A stretch of DNA of 64,000 bases from a virus. The stretch is taken from IMG/VR virus record IMGVR_UViG_3300001683_000022, positions 5,251 through 69,250 of that record; one strand, given 5' to 3'. A model generated the notes under the pieces. The model saw only the letters and a program-made list of their open reading frames with translations. It did not search any database and was not told the origin of the DNA. How positions within the stretch are numbered: position 1 is the first letter of the stretch; every line of letters starts with the position of its first letter. This document shows, piece by piece, positions 29,099 through 38,543 of the stretch. The translations under genes were made by a program, and so were the position numbers.

Positions 29099-30078
29099 TA
29101 AGCTAACCTTCCTTCTTGTTGTAATTTTTTAAATTGGCTACAGATTGCGGAGCAATCACAATAGTTACATGCTTTAACTTTACCTCTAATTTCTTTCACA
29201 ATACCTACACCACCATCACCCATTAATCTTTCGTGAGCTAATATGGGATCACTGAAGTTCTTAGTACTTCTAGCAGTCTTATTGGGATCTTTGTAATACT
29301 TCCATTTAGTTTCCCCTTCCCATAAGTCTTCTTTGGAACACTCGGGAATGTCCGCTTCAGCGGAAAGTAGGTGTTTATTAATTAGAGCTAATTTATTTTT
29401 AATAAACATTTCCGTCTCAGGTAAAGACATTAAATTATAAGACTGTTCGAGTAACTTAGATTTTGGATAATCCTTTTGGGTCATTGAAGCTAATTTAGAC
29501 CAATCAGTGAAAGCAAAAAGAATACTCATTACATTATCTGTAATAATTGTTGGGTTTAACCATCTATAAATACTTGCTTGCTGTATGTACTTAGTGTCAT
29601 TGGATTTGCTTATATAAGAGTATGTACCTGTTGTTTTTAGGTCATGTACTTTTCCTTCGAGCACTAAATCAAACTGTCCTGATATTGTCCAACCAGCTAT
29701 AAGCTTGTTAGTACGTATTTCAAGGTAAACAGGTATAATTGAATCATCTGCATCTAACTCCTCCTTAGAGGGGTTTATACGGACAGCATCAACTATTTTT
29801 TTGGGATAACCTAAGTCAGTCATTGCTTGCTTATGATTATTTGCCCATGAAGCCTCTAAACCGCTGTGAATAGCTGTACCTATACAGGAAGCTATCTTTG
29901 TAGAAATATCAGACATACCAGAACCTTTAGGTACTCTTGTAGCCAAAATAATTTGTTTTAATGGCTTAAGAAGAGAGGTAGTAGATATTGTCTTTGGATC
30001 ATCATTATGCGCATAATTGTCAGTTGCTAGAAATACAGCCAGTGACAATGGTATTGCCTCATTATTTGTATACTTCAT
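29098..30078 (-). CDS. PD-(D/E)xK Cas4-like exonuclease (N4 gp42-like)
   Basis: ISTTSLLKP, GTAIH, ISGQFD...DLKTT, Q.SIYRWLNP, C..C....IC. Confidence 0.88.
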   Translation of the reverse strand: MKYTNNEAIPLSLAVFLATDNYAHNDDPKTISTTSLLKPLKQIILATRVPKGSGMSDISTKIASCIGTAIHSGLEASWANNHKQAMTDLGYPKKIVDAVRINPSKEELDADDSIIPVYLEIRTNKLIAGWTISGQFDLVLEGKVHDLKTTGTYSYISKSNDTKYIQQASIYRWLNPTIITDNVMSILFAFTDWSKLASMTQKDYPKSKLLEQSYNLMSLPETEMFIKNKLALINKHLLSAEADIPECSKEDLWEGETKWKYYKDPNKTARSTKNFSDPILAHERLMGDGGVGIVKEIRGKVKACNYCDCSAICSQFKKLQQEGRLA

Positions 30079-30091
30079 TTGATTCCTTTAA

Positions 30092-30934
30092 TTAGAAAAG
30101 AGGAATATGGTAGCGAGCACCCCTCTTTTTATTTTCAATTTCTTGTCTTAATTGTTGCCATCCATTAAAATTTCCATGTCTTCCATTTATTGGTGTAGCC
30201 ACATGTTCAAACGGACTTGCATGAATTGGATCAGATTCAACTAATCTATCCCAGATATTTAAGGCTTTCTCTTTGGAGGTATTTAATACTCTATAAGATA
30301 CTTGAGCACAACAACTAGCAGAGATACGTTTTGCATCTTCTACTGTGTAGTCGTTCTCATAAACTAACGTATGTTTATTTCGTTTATGGGCAACATACGG
30401 TGTATGCCATTCCCCTTTTCTCAGGGTTTCTGGCGTACTTTGTGATAATTTAAGACGTATCAAATTAGCTAAGTCTTGTATCTCGGGTTGAGCATCCTTA
30501 TGGCATCTTAACTTAAAGAAATTATCCCATTCTGTAGAGGTAATAACTACTTTGATATACGAACAATATTCTGTATTTCTGTTAGCTAATTGTTTATGTA
30601 CCCCTAGAAAACTCATAAGAGCCGACCCAAAGAGATTTAACTTAATGCCTAACTTCCATACTATCTTGGCTAATACAGCCTGTAAGCCTTTTAACTGGGT
30701 CTTTGCTTGCATACCCCTCTGATCCTTACCCCAATAGGTAGGAATATAGGGGGAAGTACTAATATGCTTCCTCATGGATTTACCTGGGATAGCCCTACTA
30801 CTAGAAGCATTACGAGAGAACACCCTATGAGTCATTAATTCCGAGTGACATAACCTTGGGTATTCACACTCTATTGTTGTTATTCTTTTTCCGTTAAGAG
30901 ATATAGAATCTGCTACTACTTTTACTATGGTCAT
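30092..30934 (-). CDS. thyX: flavin-dependent thymidylate synthase
   Basis: SELMTHRVFSRNASSSRAIP, FFKLR...AQPEI, HASPFEH. Confidence 0.92.
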   Translation of the reverse strand: MTIVKVVADSISLNGKRITTIECEYPRLCHSELMTHRVFSRNASSSRAIPGKSMRKHISTSPYIPTYWGKDQRGMQAKTQLKGLQAVLAKIVWKLGIKLNLFGSALMSFLGVHKQLANRNTEYCSYIKVVITSTEWDNFFKLRCHKDAQPEIQDLANLIRLKLSQSTPETLRKGEWHTPYVAHKRNKHTLVYENDYTVEDAKRISASCCAQVSYRVLNTSKEKALNIWDRLVESDPIHASPFEHVATPINGRHGNFNGWQQLRQEIENKKRGARYHIPLF

Positions 30935-31293
30935 CCAATCAATTCCCGTATGTTTTGTAACATGGTTTGTTTAGCTGCTTTACTGGAGGTAGTTTGTAGT
31001 ACCTTACCCTCCTCATTTTTTACAAAGTTTTTGGTCTTTAACATGTTATGTTTCCATACCATTGTCCATACAGCATAAGGATCAATACCGTATGAAAGGA
31101 TTAAACCAATATTAACTACAATATTGTCTATGGCCTCTTTTAAAATATTTTCTAAGGGTTCTTGGGTATAGGCTAGCTGCAATTCAGCAGCTTCCTCACG
31201 ACATAAAGCAATATAGGTTTTACTTTGTTCACTATTATTTACATGAATGGTTTGATTAGTTGCTTCCATAAATGTTTTTTGATCTTCTACCAT
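30931..31293 (-). CDS. MazG-like nucleotide pyrophosphohydrolase
   Basis: EEAAEL...KEAID...V...N..K...GKV pattern. Confidence 0.7.
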   Translation of the reverse strand: MVEDQKTFMEATNQTIHVNNSEQSKTYIALCREEAAELQLAYTQEPLENILKEAIDNIVVNIGLILSYGIDPYAVWTMVWKHNMLKTKNFVKNEEGKVLQTTSSKAAKQTMLQNIRELIG

Positions 31294-31294
31294 C

Positions 31295-31456
31295 TTATTT
31301 ATTACTTACTGTAATTACAGTAGTTCCTACGGTATCTGCTAATTCTCTTAGTGCTATAGCAACTAACTCAGGTCTGACGGGTAAAGATTGAATTGTTGGA
31401 AGAAAGGCCCCTTTAATTGACTCTATTACTACTCTATCTTGTGCGCTGATTGACAT
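31295..31456 (-). CDS. hypothetical protein (53 aa)
   Basis: Hand-translated MSISAQDRVVIESIKGAF...VSNK*; fills the operon gap. Confidence 0.55.
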   Translation of the reverse strand: MSISAQDRVVIESIKGAFLPTIQSLPVRPELVAIALRELADTVGTTVITVSNK

Positions 31457-31671
31457 AAAAATTTCTCATAATTGGTTAAACGGTTAATGAAATCTTGGAT
31501 TTTTAAAGCTTCAGAAAGATGACTATCTTTTTTGCCGTATCTAGCTAAATATGCTTCTACGTGTGCAAGAATTTTAATCCTTACTTCTTCTGGGGGATCT
31601 TCTCTAATCCACCTATCAATAAGGTCTGAGCCATCTTGTTTTTTATACCTATCTTGTTTATTCATAATCAA
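31429..31671 (-). CDS. DUF3310-like protein (putative nucleotide kinase family)
   Basis: Y....G.D.ID...YLARYGKKD....E..K...F..RL. Confidence 0.6.
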   Translation of the reverse strand: MIMNKQDRYKKQDGSDLIDRWIREDPPEEVRIKILAHVEAYLARYGKKDSHLSEALKIQDFINRLTNYEKFLCQSAHKIE

Positions 31672-31746
31672 ATTCTTTTTTTAAATTCCAGTGGTATAAG
31701 GTAAAGTCCTTATATAATGTAGGTAAATTCCAAAGGTTAATTGGAG

Positions 31747-31938
31747 TCATTGTGTTATTTTTGCGCATTCTATACATGTAGTAGCATTAACTGCTTTAAG
31801 TCTTCCAAGGGGTATTGCATCACTACAAATTGTGCATTCTCGTAATTTACCGTTCCACTCCCCATATTGGACTCTATTACGTATGGTTGCATTCTTAAGT
31901 ATTTCCGCTTTTCCCTCTGATATTTCTACATCGTCCAC
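31747..31938 (-). CDS. TraR/DksA C4-type zinc-finger protein
   Basis: CTICSDAIPLGRLKAVNATTCIECA; N-terminal MDD. Confidence 0.85.
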   Translation of the reverse strand: MDDVEISEGKAEILKNATIRNRVQYGEWNGKLRECTICSDAIPLGRLKAVNATTCIECAKITQ

Positions 31939-31943
31939 TTTAG

Positions 31944-32129
31944 TTAGTCCTTAATAATATAATTACCTACAAAAGAGTTAAATTTTATTGATGTAAATCC
32001 ACTTAATTTTAAAATACTGGATTTAATATTAGGATTTAACTCGGCTTCCTTTAATAAAAAAGCTTTATAGTCTAACCCATATTCATAAAGGAGTCCTGCA
32101 TCAATCACAATGCTCCTAAAACTACACAT
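31944..32129 (-). CDS. hypothetical protein
   Basis: ORF overlapping the polymerase stop codon. Confidence 0.5.
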   Translation of the reverse strand: MCSFRSIVIDAGLLYEYGLDYKAFLLKEAELNPNIKSSILKLSGFTSIKFNSFVGNYIIKD

Positions 32130-33219
32130 TTTGTACTCTCATTAGTATTTCCCTTTTAGTTGCTTTATTAGGTATTGTTATTGGTTTGTTCCACGTAGGA
32201 AATATGTCTATCTCTGCACCTAATTTAACAGTGTCATGTTTAATTTCCTCTAATTCTTGCCATTCCATACACTCAACAAGATTTCTATTTACCCATTCCA
32301 CACAACCTATAGTGTCCTCTGTAATGAGATATATAGCGTCATGAATTAATGCAATAGGGGAAATCTTGTATCTATATTTAGAGGCATGTACCCTCCCCAT
32401 AAATGCATTAGCAGCTCTATTATTTAACAATCCATAAGATTGTCCTAAAGCATTACCTGCTGTGCGTCCCTCTGCTCCAGCAGCGTGGGGTGTATTTCTT
32501 TTATTTAAAAGTGTCTGAGCAAGTATAGGGGTTCGTACACGTAACCCGAAGGCGACAGTAACGTATCCATCTTTTGTTGCTTGTTCTAGCTTAGAGGCTA
32601 CCCAATCATCGGATACCTTATAGAGCTTATGGTATTGATCCTCAATATCCATAGCAGCTTCTATAGTTAACCCAATATTCTTAACTAGGGTAGCCCATGT
32701 ACCTTGGTAGGTAAGGGCAAATGTAGGTATCTTGCTTTCTTGACGTAGGTGTGGATACGCATGCTTAATGCTATTAATGCTGTCTACGGTATCTACAATA
32801 TCTGGCATCAGATGTTTGAAGTAAGCATACGCCCTCAGGCAATGACCGTCATAATTATCAAGGTAAACTTTTAATTTGTTAGGATCCTTAGTAGTAAGCG
32901 CAGATATATAATCCTCAAGAGAATTAAAATCAGCACCTAAAAATACTTTACCCTTAGGACTATAGAAGCATTGCTTTACTATCTTTGCATACTTAGAGCC
33001 ACTAGGAAGATTTTGTAAATTAGGCCCACTACTGCTAAGCCTACCTGACACTGTTCCATTGAGATTAAAGTTACCATGAAGATAATAAACACCATCTTCT
33101 TTATAGATACTATTTTTTTCAAAAGCTTTAATGAATGTACCTAAAATTTTACTTACTTCAGATACACTAATCAAATCTTTAAGTAGCTTAGCCGTAGCAA
33201 TAGCTTCCTGTCTATCCAT
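32122..33219 (-). CDS. DNA polymerase A, C-terminal polymerase subunit
   Basis: GTVSGRLSSSGPNLQNLP, motif A DFNSLE, motif B RQESKIPTFALTYQG, motif C IHDA. Confidence 0.93.
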   Translation of the reverse strand: MDRQEAIATAKLLKDLISVSEVSKILGTFIKAFEKNSIYKEDGVYYLHGNFNLNGTVSGRLSSSGPNLQNLPSGSKYAKIVKQCFYSPKGKVFLGADFNSLEDYISALTTKDPNKLKVYLDNYDGHCLRAYAYFKHLMPDIVDTVDSINSIKHAYPHLRQESKIPTFALTYQGTWATLVKNIGLTIEAAMDIEDQYHKLYKVSDDWVASKLEQATKDGYVTVAFGLRVRTPILAQTLLNKRNTPHAAGAEGRTAGNALGQSYGLLNNRAANAFMGRVHASKYRYKISPIALIHDAIYLITEDTIGCVEWVNRNLVECMEWQELEEIKHDTVKLGAEIDIFPTWNKPITIPNKATKREILMRVQNV

Positions 33220-34780
33220 TAAGTTCCTCCTCCGTAAGTGAATATTCTTGAATTAATTGGTTTAAATGTTTGGTTAGTACTTTAGCCCCTACAGCAGGTA
33301 AATCCGTTTTAGTAGTATCTAAAATTTCTAATCCTAAATGTTCATGAAGTAGCTGGGCTACTTGCTTATTACTCGCTGGATTAAATGTAATCATATCGAA
33401 TTCTTCTATCGCTACTTGTTTTACCTTTAATAGTAAATTCTTCTTAGCCCACGCATCCTTACGTAGTACATCCTCGAAAGTACTTATAATAGGTGAAGCA
33501 CTGATACTGCTTGTATGTTTATAAAGTACATTACTTAACTCAGATTTGGCTATTATTACTTGATCCATATCTATAGGCATACCTGTTAATTCCATCTGTA
33601 AGATAGTTTTAATGGATGGCTTCATTATGGTTTCATATATTTCCAATTGGGAATCTTTTACCATAATAGGATAATTCTTATTGAATACATACCATGTAGA
33701 TAGACAATCAATTAAGTTATATTTGAGTAAGGTGTCTTTAGGAATCTTACGTATATTCTTGATATCATCTACAGCATAATTACCTGCATATTCAAATGCC
33801 TGATCTTTCAATCCAAGTTTGTTACCTGCTGTGGTATTGGTAGCTAAATAGCTGATAGCTTTTGTACACTCGAAGTCCCTGGTAAGGATCTCAATTCCTC
33901 TAAGCATTCCCTTTATATCTAATAGGGAATCCATAAATAATTCATAGATTAAAATCTTAATATCATAATTTGCATTATGGTATATGAGCTTACCCTTATA
34001 TGATCTAAAGAACTCTTTCAGTAATCTTTTTATCTGGGGGTTATGTTCTTTATAACCAAATAATACTACACCGCTGTCACACATTTCTCGCCCAGTGGGA
34101 AATGCTTCGTAGTCACATAAAAATGCTAAACCATTGTGCTGATCTAGACCAAAACCAATAGTACCTAATCCTGCTTTGTGGAACTTAAGGGAGAAGGTTT
34201 CACAATCACATGTAAGGGCCTCAAATTCATGAAGCTTAGCCAATGCAGTCCTAATATCTAAAAAGTCCTTAGGATAGCTCTGAGAGTGAATTATGTCTAT
34301 TCCTATCTCCTTATAAGAACCTACCGTATGGTCTGCTACAGCCTTATTGGTAATATCTATTTTCTCCTGCAATACAGGATTATAGAATAATGCTTTATAG
34401 TTAGGGATTAAGAAGATATTTAAGTGATTAAAGTCCTTAATTGTACAAAGTACTGCTGATCCATAATAGGGCTCAGTCTTCCTCACTTTAGTCAAAGCCT
34501 TAAAATAGTTTCCATTGGCTACTACTAAGGTTTTTACGTCTAAACTATCTAACGCGGGAAGTAAGGTGCTTAAATATTCTTTACAAAATCCAATAGGAGC
34601 ATTACCTTTATCATTATAGTTAAGACTAAAAGAAATAATGTCTTCTTCTGCTATACCTAATTTTACTAGCGGATGTACATAAGCATCTTCTATTTCTTTT
34701 TTATCTAATCTAGATTCTTCAACTAATACGGCAATTTTATATTTGTTATTAGGATTTTCCTTATGGATTATGTGTTTCAT
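33212..34780 (-). CDS. DNA polymerase A, N-terminal / 3'-5' exonuclease subunit
   Basis: ExoI DCETF, ExoII YHNANYD, ExoIII YNLID, MELTGMPID, FNPASNKQV. Confidence 0.92.
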   Translation of the reverse strand: MKHIIHKENPNNKYKIAVLVEESRLDKKEIEDAYVHPLVKLGIAEEDIISFSLNYNDKGNAPIGFCKEYLSTLLPALDSLDVKTLVVANGNYFKALTKVRKTEPYYGSAVLCTIKDFNHLNIFLIPNYKALFYNPVLQEKIDITNKAVADHTVGSYKEIGIDIIHSQSYPKDFLDIRTALAKLHEFEALTCDCETFSLKFHKAGLGTIGFGLDQHNGLAFLCDYEAFPTGREMCDSGVVLFGYKEHNPQIKRLLKEFFRSYKGKLIYHNANYDIKILIYELFMDSLLDIKGMLRGIEILTRDFECTKAISYLATNTTAGNKLGLKDQAFEYAGNYAVDDIKNIRKIPKDTLLKYNLIDCLSTWYVFNKNYPIMVKDSQLEIYETIMKPSIKTILQMELTGMPIDMDQVIIAKSELSNVLYKHTSSISASPIISTFEDVLRKDAWAKKNLLLKVKQVAIEEFDMITFNPASNKQVAQLLHEHLGLEILDTTKTDLPAVGAKVLTKHLNQLIQEYSLTEEELNG

Positions 34781-34781
34781 A

Positions 34782-35099
34782 TTATTTAACTAATAGGTGG
34801 AGTAAGTAATACTGCTTAACATCCTCTAAAATTATTAAGTTATCTTGCACATAACCTAATATATGGGGTGCTGCCTCTAACTGGGGTATCTTATAATTAT
34901 TAAACACCAATGGGTGAAGGTACTCAGGTATCACATAGACAATATCAGCTAAAGAATTAGAAAGATTTAGTCCATGCCTAAAGTAATTTACAGTCCTTGC
35001 ATATAAATAATCATTTACCTTAATTTCTTTAGGGAATAGTACTTTTACGCAATTTTCTAGTAGTTTTAATTTAATCGTTGGTTCTAGGAGACTCTTCAT
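34782..35099 (-). CDS. hypothetical protein
   Basis: ORF in operon context. Confidence 0.6.
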   Translation of the reverse strand: MKSLLEPTIKLKLLENCVKVLFPKEIKVNDYLYARTVNYFRHGLNLSNSLADIVYVIPEYLHPLVFNNYKIPQLEAAPHILGYVQDNLIILEDVKQYYLLHLLVK

Positions 35100-35349
35100 T
35101 TGATGTATCCTCTAACAATAGATTGTTTGCCTTATATTGAATATATTCCTCATATGATAAAATATTTATTGTTACTTTAAAATCCTTACAAGGGCCTATT
35201 TTTGTAATTTCGTTGTAATTATCTACATATTTTTCTGCAGTTTTAAGGGAAGTTATTAATGCTATTGCATCATCATAGGGCATGACTAACTCATAATATC
35301 CCAACTTCACAACCCCATAAACTGCCTTACTTACTGGGGGCTTTTTCAT
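35071..35349 (-). CDS. hypothetical protein
   Basis: ORF with AAGGA Shine-Dalgarno. Confidence 0.65.
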   Translation of the reverse strand: MKKPPVSKAVYGVVKLGYYELVMPYDDAIALITSLKTAEKYVDNYNEITKIGPCKDFKVTINILSYEEYIQYKANNLLLEDTSNEESPRTND

Positions 35350-35360
35350 TATTATTCCTT

Positions 35361-35729
35361 TTAGCGAATCCGAACTGATGAAACAGTTACTTCATCTAAA
35401 TAGATCGGCATAATATGACTTTTAAATAGCTTATCGGCAAGTATGGTTGTATAAACTAATCCCCTTAAACCAATAACAGCTTCTGTAACTCCCAAATCTA
35501 CTAAGTGTTTTGTGGTATGTTCGGCTGCTTTATGCATATCCATCCTAAAAGTTTGGGGAGATCTAATCTTCATTACTTTTATATAATTAAATTCGATATC
35601 TTTTCTAATTTCAAGAATATGTTCCGTATCTTCATGGGATAGTACGGGGTATTCTGCAATACTTTGACTTGTAAGGTTGATTTTTTTCATTTTTTTAATG
35701 TTAGTATTTTTATTCATCATATATTCCAT
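35361..35729 (-). CDS. hypothetical protein
   Basis: ORF in operon context. Confidence 0.6.
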   Translation of the reverse strand: MEYMMNKNTNIKKMKKINLTSQSIAEYPVLSHEDTEHILEIRKDIEFNYIKVMKIRSPQTFRMDMHKAAEHTTKHLVDLGVTEAVIGLRGLVYTTILADKLFKSHIMPIYLDEVTVSSVRIR

Positions 35730-35958
35730 AAGCTTTCTTTACTATGGCAGCCTCTGCTAGTAAATCAGTGCAACCTAATAAATATACTAAGGTGTCCCGA
35801 TTATTTGTAGCTTCGATATAAAGGTCGTCAGCTATGTATTTAATCCGCTCAGATTTAGTCATTATGACTTCGATATGGCGATCTATTATTAGGTCTAGCT
35901 CGTCATTTCTATTCATCACTGTTTTCCTCTGCTTGCTCAATAACATGCTCAATATCAC
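35710..35958 (-). CDS. hypothetical protein (start probably at the internal MNRND)
   Basis: ORF overlapping both neighbours. Confidence 0.55.
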   Translation of the reverse strand: MILSMLLSKQRKTVMNRNDELDLIIDRHIEVIMTKSERIKYIADDLYIEATNNRDTLVYLLGCTDLLAEAAIVKKAYGIYDE

Positions 35959-36199
35959 TGAATATGCTCATGTTGTAAGTCCCGAAATTTGGGTCATAAT
36001 AAGCTTTCATTCGGGTTAGTACTTTTTTAGCTTGCGCGGTTGAAAGTGCGTAATCCACGCCTGTTGCCATATCCCCGTTATGGTTATAATCTAAGGCAAT
36101 TTCTTTAATGTCCTCGATATGCCATAGATCTACGAAGCATTCGTCCTTGAGGATCGCTTCTTTGTACTGCAGTATTTCATCCCACTCTTTTTGGCTCAT
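35909..36199 (-). CDS. acidic hypothetical protein
   Basis: Strong GGAGGT Shine-Dalgarno; WHIEDI motif. Confidence 0.7.
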   Translation of the reverse strand: MSQKEWDEILQYKEAILKDECFVDLWHIEDIKEIALDYNHNGDMATGVDYALSTAQAKKVLTRMKAYYDPNFGTYNMSIFSDIEHVIEQAEENSDE

Positions 36200-36275
36200 T
36201 GTTTACCTCCAGCGTTTTGTAGCTTGCCTCTAAATCTGTTAACCTACTCATTTTTAATATTCTCTATTAATTAAT

Positions 36276-36527
36276 ATGAATGATTCTTATAACTCTAAAA
36301 ATATAAAAATCTTAAAGGATACATCGGTATTTGATTTTGTTTTAATGGAAGAATTAGCCACTAAATTCTCTAGACCCCTTACGTGGATTAAACGAAGTTT
36401 TGAAGCCTGTAGATTAGCAGGAGTAGATCCCCGAGATTACTTTATACCTAAGTATTTAGAAGGTAAAAATATCCCCGAGAATCTAGACGTATCTGCTATC
36501 AGTAAAGAAATACAAAGGCGTTTATAG
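36276..36527 (+). CDS. 83-aa protein with a GyrB-like N-terminal strap
   Basis: Sits cleanly in the gap between minus-strand genes; begins MNDSYNSKNIKILK. Confidence 0.75.
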   Translation: MNDSYNSKNIKILKDTSVFDFVLMEELATKFSRPLTWIKRSFEACRLAGVDPRDYFIPKYLEGKNIPENLDVSAISKEIQRRL

Positions 36528-36533
36528 CCATAC

Positions 36534-36559
36534 TTTCACAGTAGCGGTCGGAGACCGCT
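36534..36559. promoter_or_regulatory. TTTCACAG + C-GGA-G triloop hairpin (copy 1)
   Basis: AGCGGTC-GGA-GACCGCT perfect 7-bp stem. Confidence 0.55.
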
Positions 36560-36569
36560 CTGTAGCTCT

Positions 36570-38543
36570 TTATTTAATAGGGCATGCTCCAGACGCACAT
36601 TCATCTGCTGTCATTTCTTGATCCATCATATCCGCAGAAGGTAATATAAATTTCTGTAACTTTTTAACATAAGAATCATATACCCCTTTAGAAACTACCT
36701 CTTGAGGTAGGTAAGGATAGCCAAGGTCTAAAGCAGTCTTAGTTGGGTCAGCCCTATACAAGAAACTTACTCCAACATAATGTTCCCAATTGACTAATAA
36801 CCAATCAATAATAGCTGGAACCTCTTCAGGAGAATAACTAATAGTATTAGATACATTCTGTTGACACCAATGAATTTGGTATTTTTTATATCTATCTAAT
36901 TGTCCTATAGCAGATTCTTGATTAACCTCAACAATTGAACCATCTGGTTTGCTTACTTTAGTAAAAGGTACGTGATCCCATTTAACAGGGAAGTTAACAA
37001 TCATACCTTCAGGATCTAAAGGATTAGGTTTTACCTCATACCCTGCCTTAGTTAGTGCAGGTAAAAGAGGATCATGTAAACCAAAGTTAATATTATTAAA
37101 AATATATTTACCTAAAGGAACATGAACACCTTCAGGACATTGCATTACCTTACTTAATGTTCCAGACGGTTTAATAGTTGTAATATTCTTAGGTCTTTGT
37201 AGTTCTAATTCATCTGCCATTGAATATGCAGCTGAAATAGCCACCCTTTTCATAGACTCTAAATCATAAGAAGATAAATCATCTCTCTGAGCAATACCTG
37301 TTAGTCCAACACCACACAATCTCAGGAACTCATTATTTAAGTGCCAAGATTCTTGTAATACTCCATCTTCTAAGTTAACTAAGGTTTGTCTGTAGTTAGC
37401 TCTAGCAGCTAAATAAATAGTATTATGAAGTCCTGTAGTATCCCCAATGAATTTAGAAATATCTATTTCCACTAAGTTACAAAAACTTTTATTACCTAAT
37501 AGAATTTCTGCACATGGATTTACAGTACTAAACCAGGGTGCTCTATTTAAAGCAGCTTCTCCATTAATAAAACCTGGTTCACTTCCGCCTGATTCTTCCA
37601 TCAGAGTAAAGATACTTGTTAACTCTTTTTTGGATGGTTTTGACGTAAATACTAATGAATTATTGGATTGTGATCTTTGAGGATTACCGTCCCAGAACTC
37701 TCTTTTGGCAATCGCAAAGGCTTCCCACTCAGGCTTATTAAATTCAAATAAGGCAATCTGAGCACTCCTACGGGACGATAATATTGTACCTAACCAATTT
37801 ACCACATCAAGGATATCTAACCTGCTAAGAAGCTCTCCTGCCTTGTTATTAAGGATTCCTGCAATAGCTACATAAGCTTTTGAGATTGCTTCATCACCTG
37901 AACTAATCCAGCCGTATCCTGATAATCTTCCCCCTGCCGGTCTTAGCTCAGAGAAGTTTAATACTAAGGTATTTGCTGGGTATTTCCCTGCAAGCAATTT
38001 ACCAATAGATTTACTCCATGCTTCTGCAGAATCTCCTACAGTGATAGTCCATGTCTTAGTTTCTTTATCCCATGATTCTTTATTATTTTCACAGCCTCCT
38101 TTTTCTGTGCGGGTAGTACGAATTACTTCAATATTCTTAATAGGATGCTTAAAGCCATTAAGAGTACCTACGATAGGTTTAAATCCTACACCACATCCTT
38201 GCATTAACAGCCAAAGCACATCCACTACATCGTAGACAGTTTCTACTAAAGTGCCTGAACAGTTAAATTGGCTAGATTCCCTTTTCTTGGAAACATCTGT
38301 ACCACCTAACCACAATGTTCTACCTGAAGTAGATACCTTTTTTTCTGACATTACCTGCTCAAAAGCAGATAACTCCTCTAATTCTGTATGGCTTAGAGGC
38401 TCTCCTTTAGCTCTTTCCCATAACCATTGCTGGTGTCCTTTAACTCTTGCACAAATATCATCCCAAGACTCAAAAGAAGTTTCTTCTTTATTAGTGGGTC
38501 TGGCATATGTTCTACGTATAACTACATCAGATCTTGTTTCCAT
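36570..38543 (-). CDS. nrdJ: class II (B12-dependent) ribonucleotide reductase
   Basis: SGRTLWLGG, FNCS, GCGVGF, NPCAEI, CNL.E, TTIKPSGTLS, C-terminal ECASGACPIK. Confidence 0.93.
   Translation of the reverse strand: METRSDVVIRRTYARPTNKEETSFESWDDICARVKGHQQWLWERAKGEPLSHTELEELSAFEQVMSEKKVSTSGRTLWLGGTDVSKKRESSQFNCSGTLVETVYDVVDVLWLLMQGCGVGFKPIVGTLNGFKHPIKNIEVIRTTRTEKGGCENNKESWDKETKTWTITVGDSAEAWSKSIGKLLAGKYPANTLVLNFSELRPAGGRLSGYGWISSGDEAISKAYVAIAGILNNKAGELLSRLDILDVVNWLGTILSSRRSAQIALFEFNKPEWEAFAIAKREFWDGNPQRSQSNNSLVFTSKPSKKELTSIFTLMEESGGSEPGFINGEAALNRAPWFSTVNPCAEILLGNKSFCNLVEIDISKFIGDTTGLHNTIYLAARANYRQTLVNLEDGVLQESWHLNNEFLRLCGVGLTGIAQRDDLSSYDLESMKRVAISAAYSMADELELQRPKNITTIKPSGTLSKVMQCPEGVHVPLGKYIFNNINFGLHDPLLPALTKAGYEVKPNPLDPEGMIVNFPVKWDHVPFTKVSKPDGSIVEVNQESAIGQLDRYKKYQIHWCQQNVSNTISYSPEEVPAIIDWLLVNWEHYVGVSFLYRADPTKTALDLGYPYLPQEVVSKGVYDSYVKKLQKFILPSADMMDQEMTADECASGACPIK

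Noticed and set aside
29098-30078. Cas4-like nuclease as a sign of a CRISPR system
   Set aside because: It is the conserved N4 gp42-type exonuclease; no other cas genes or array
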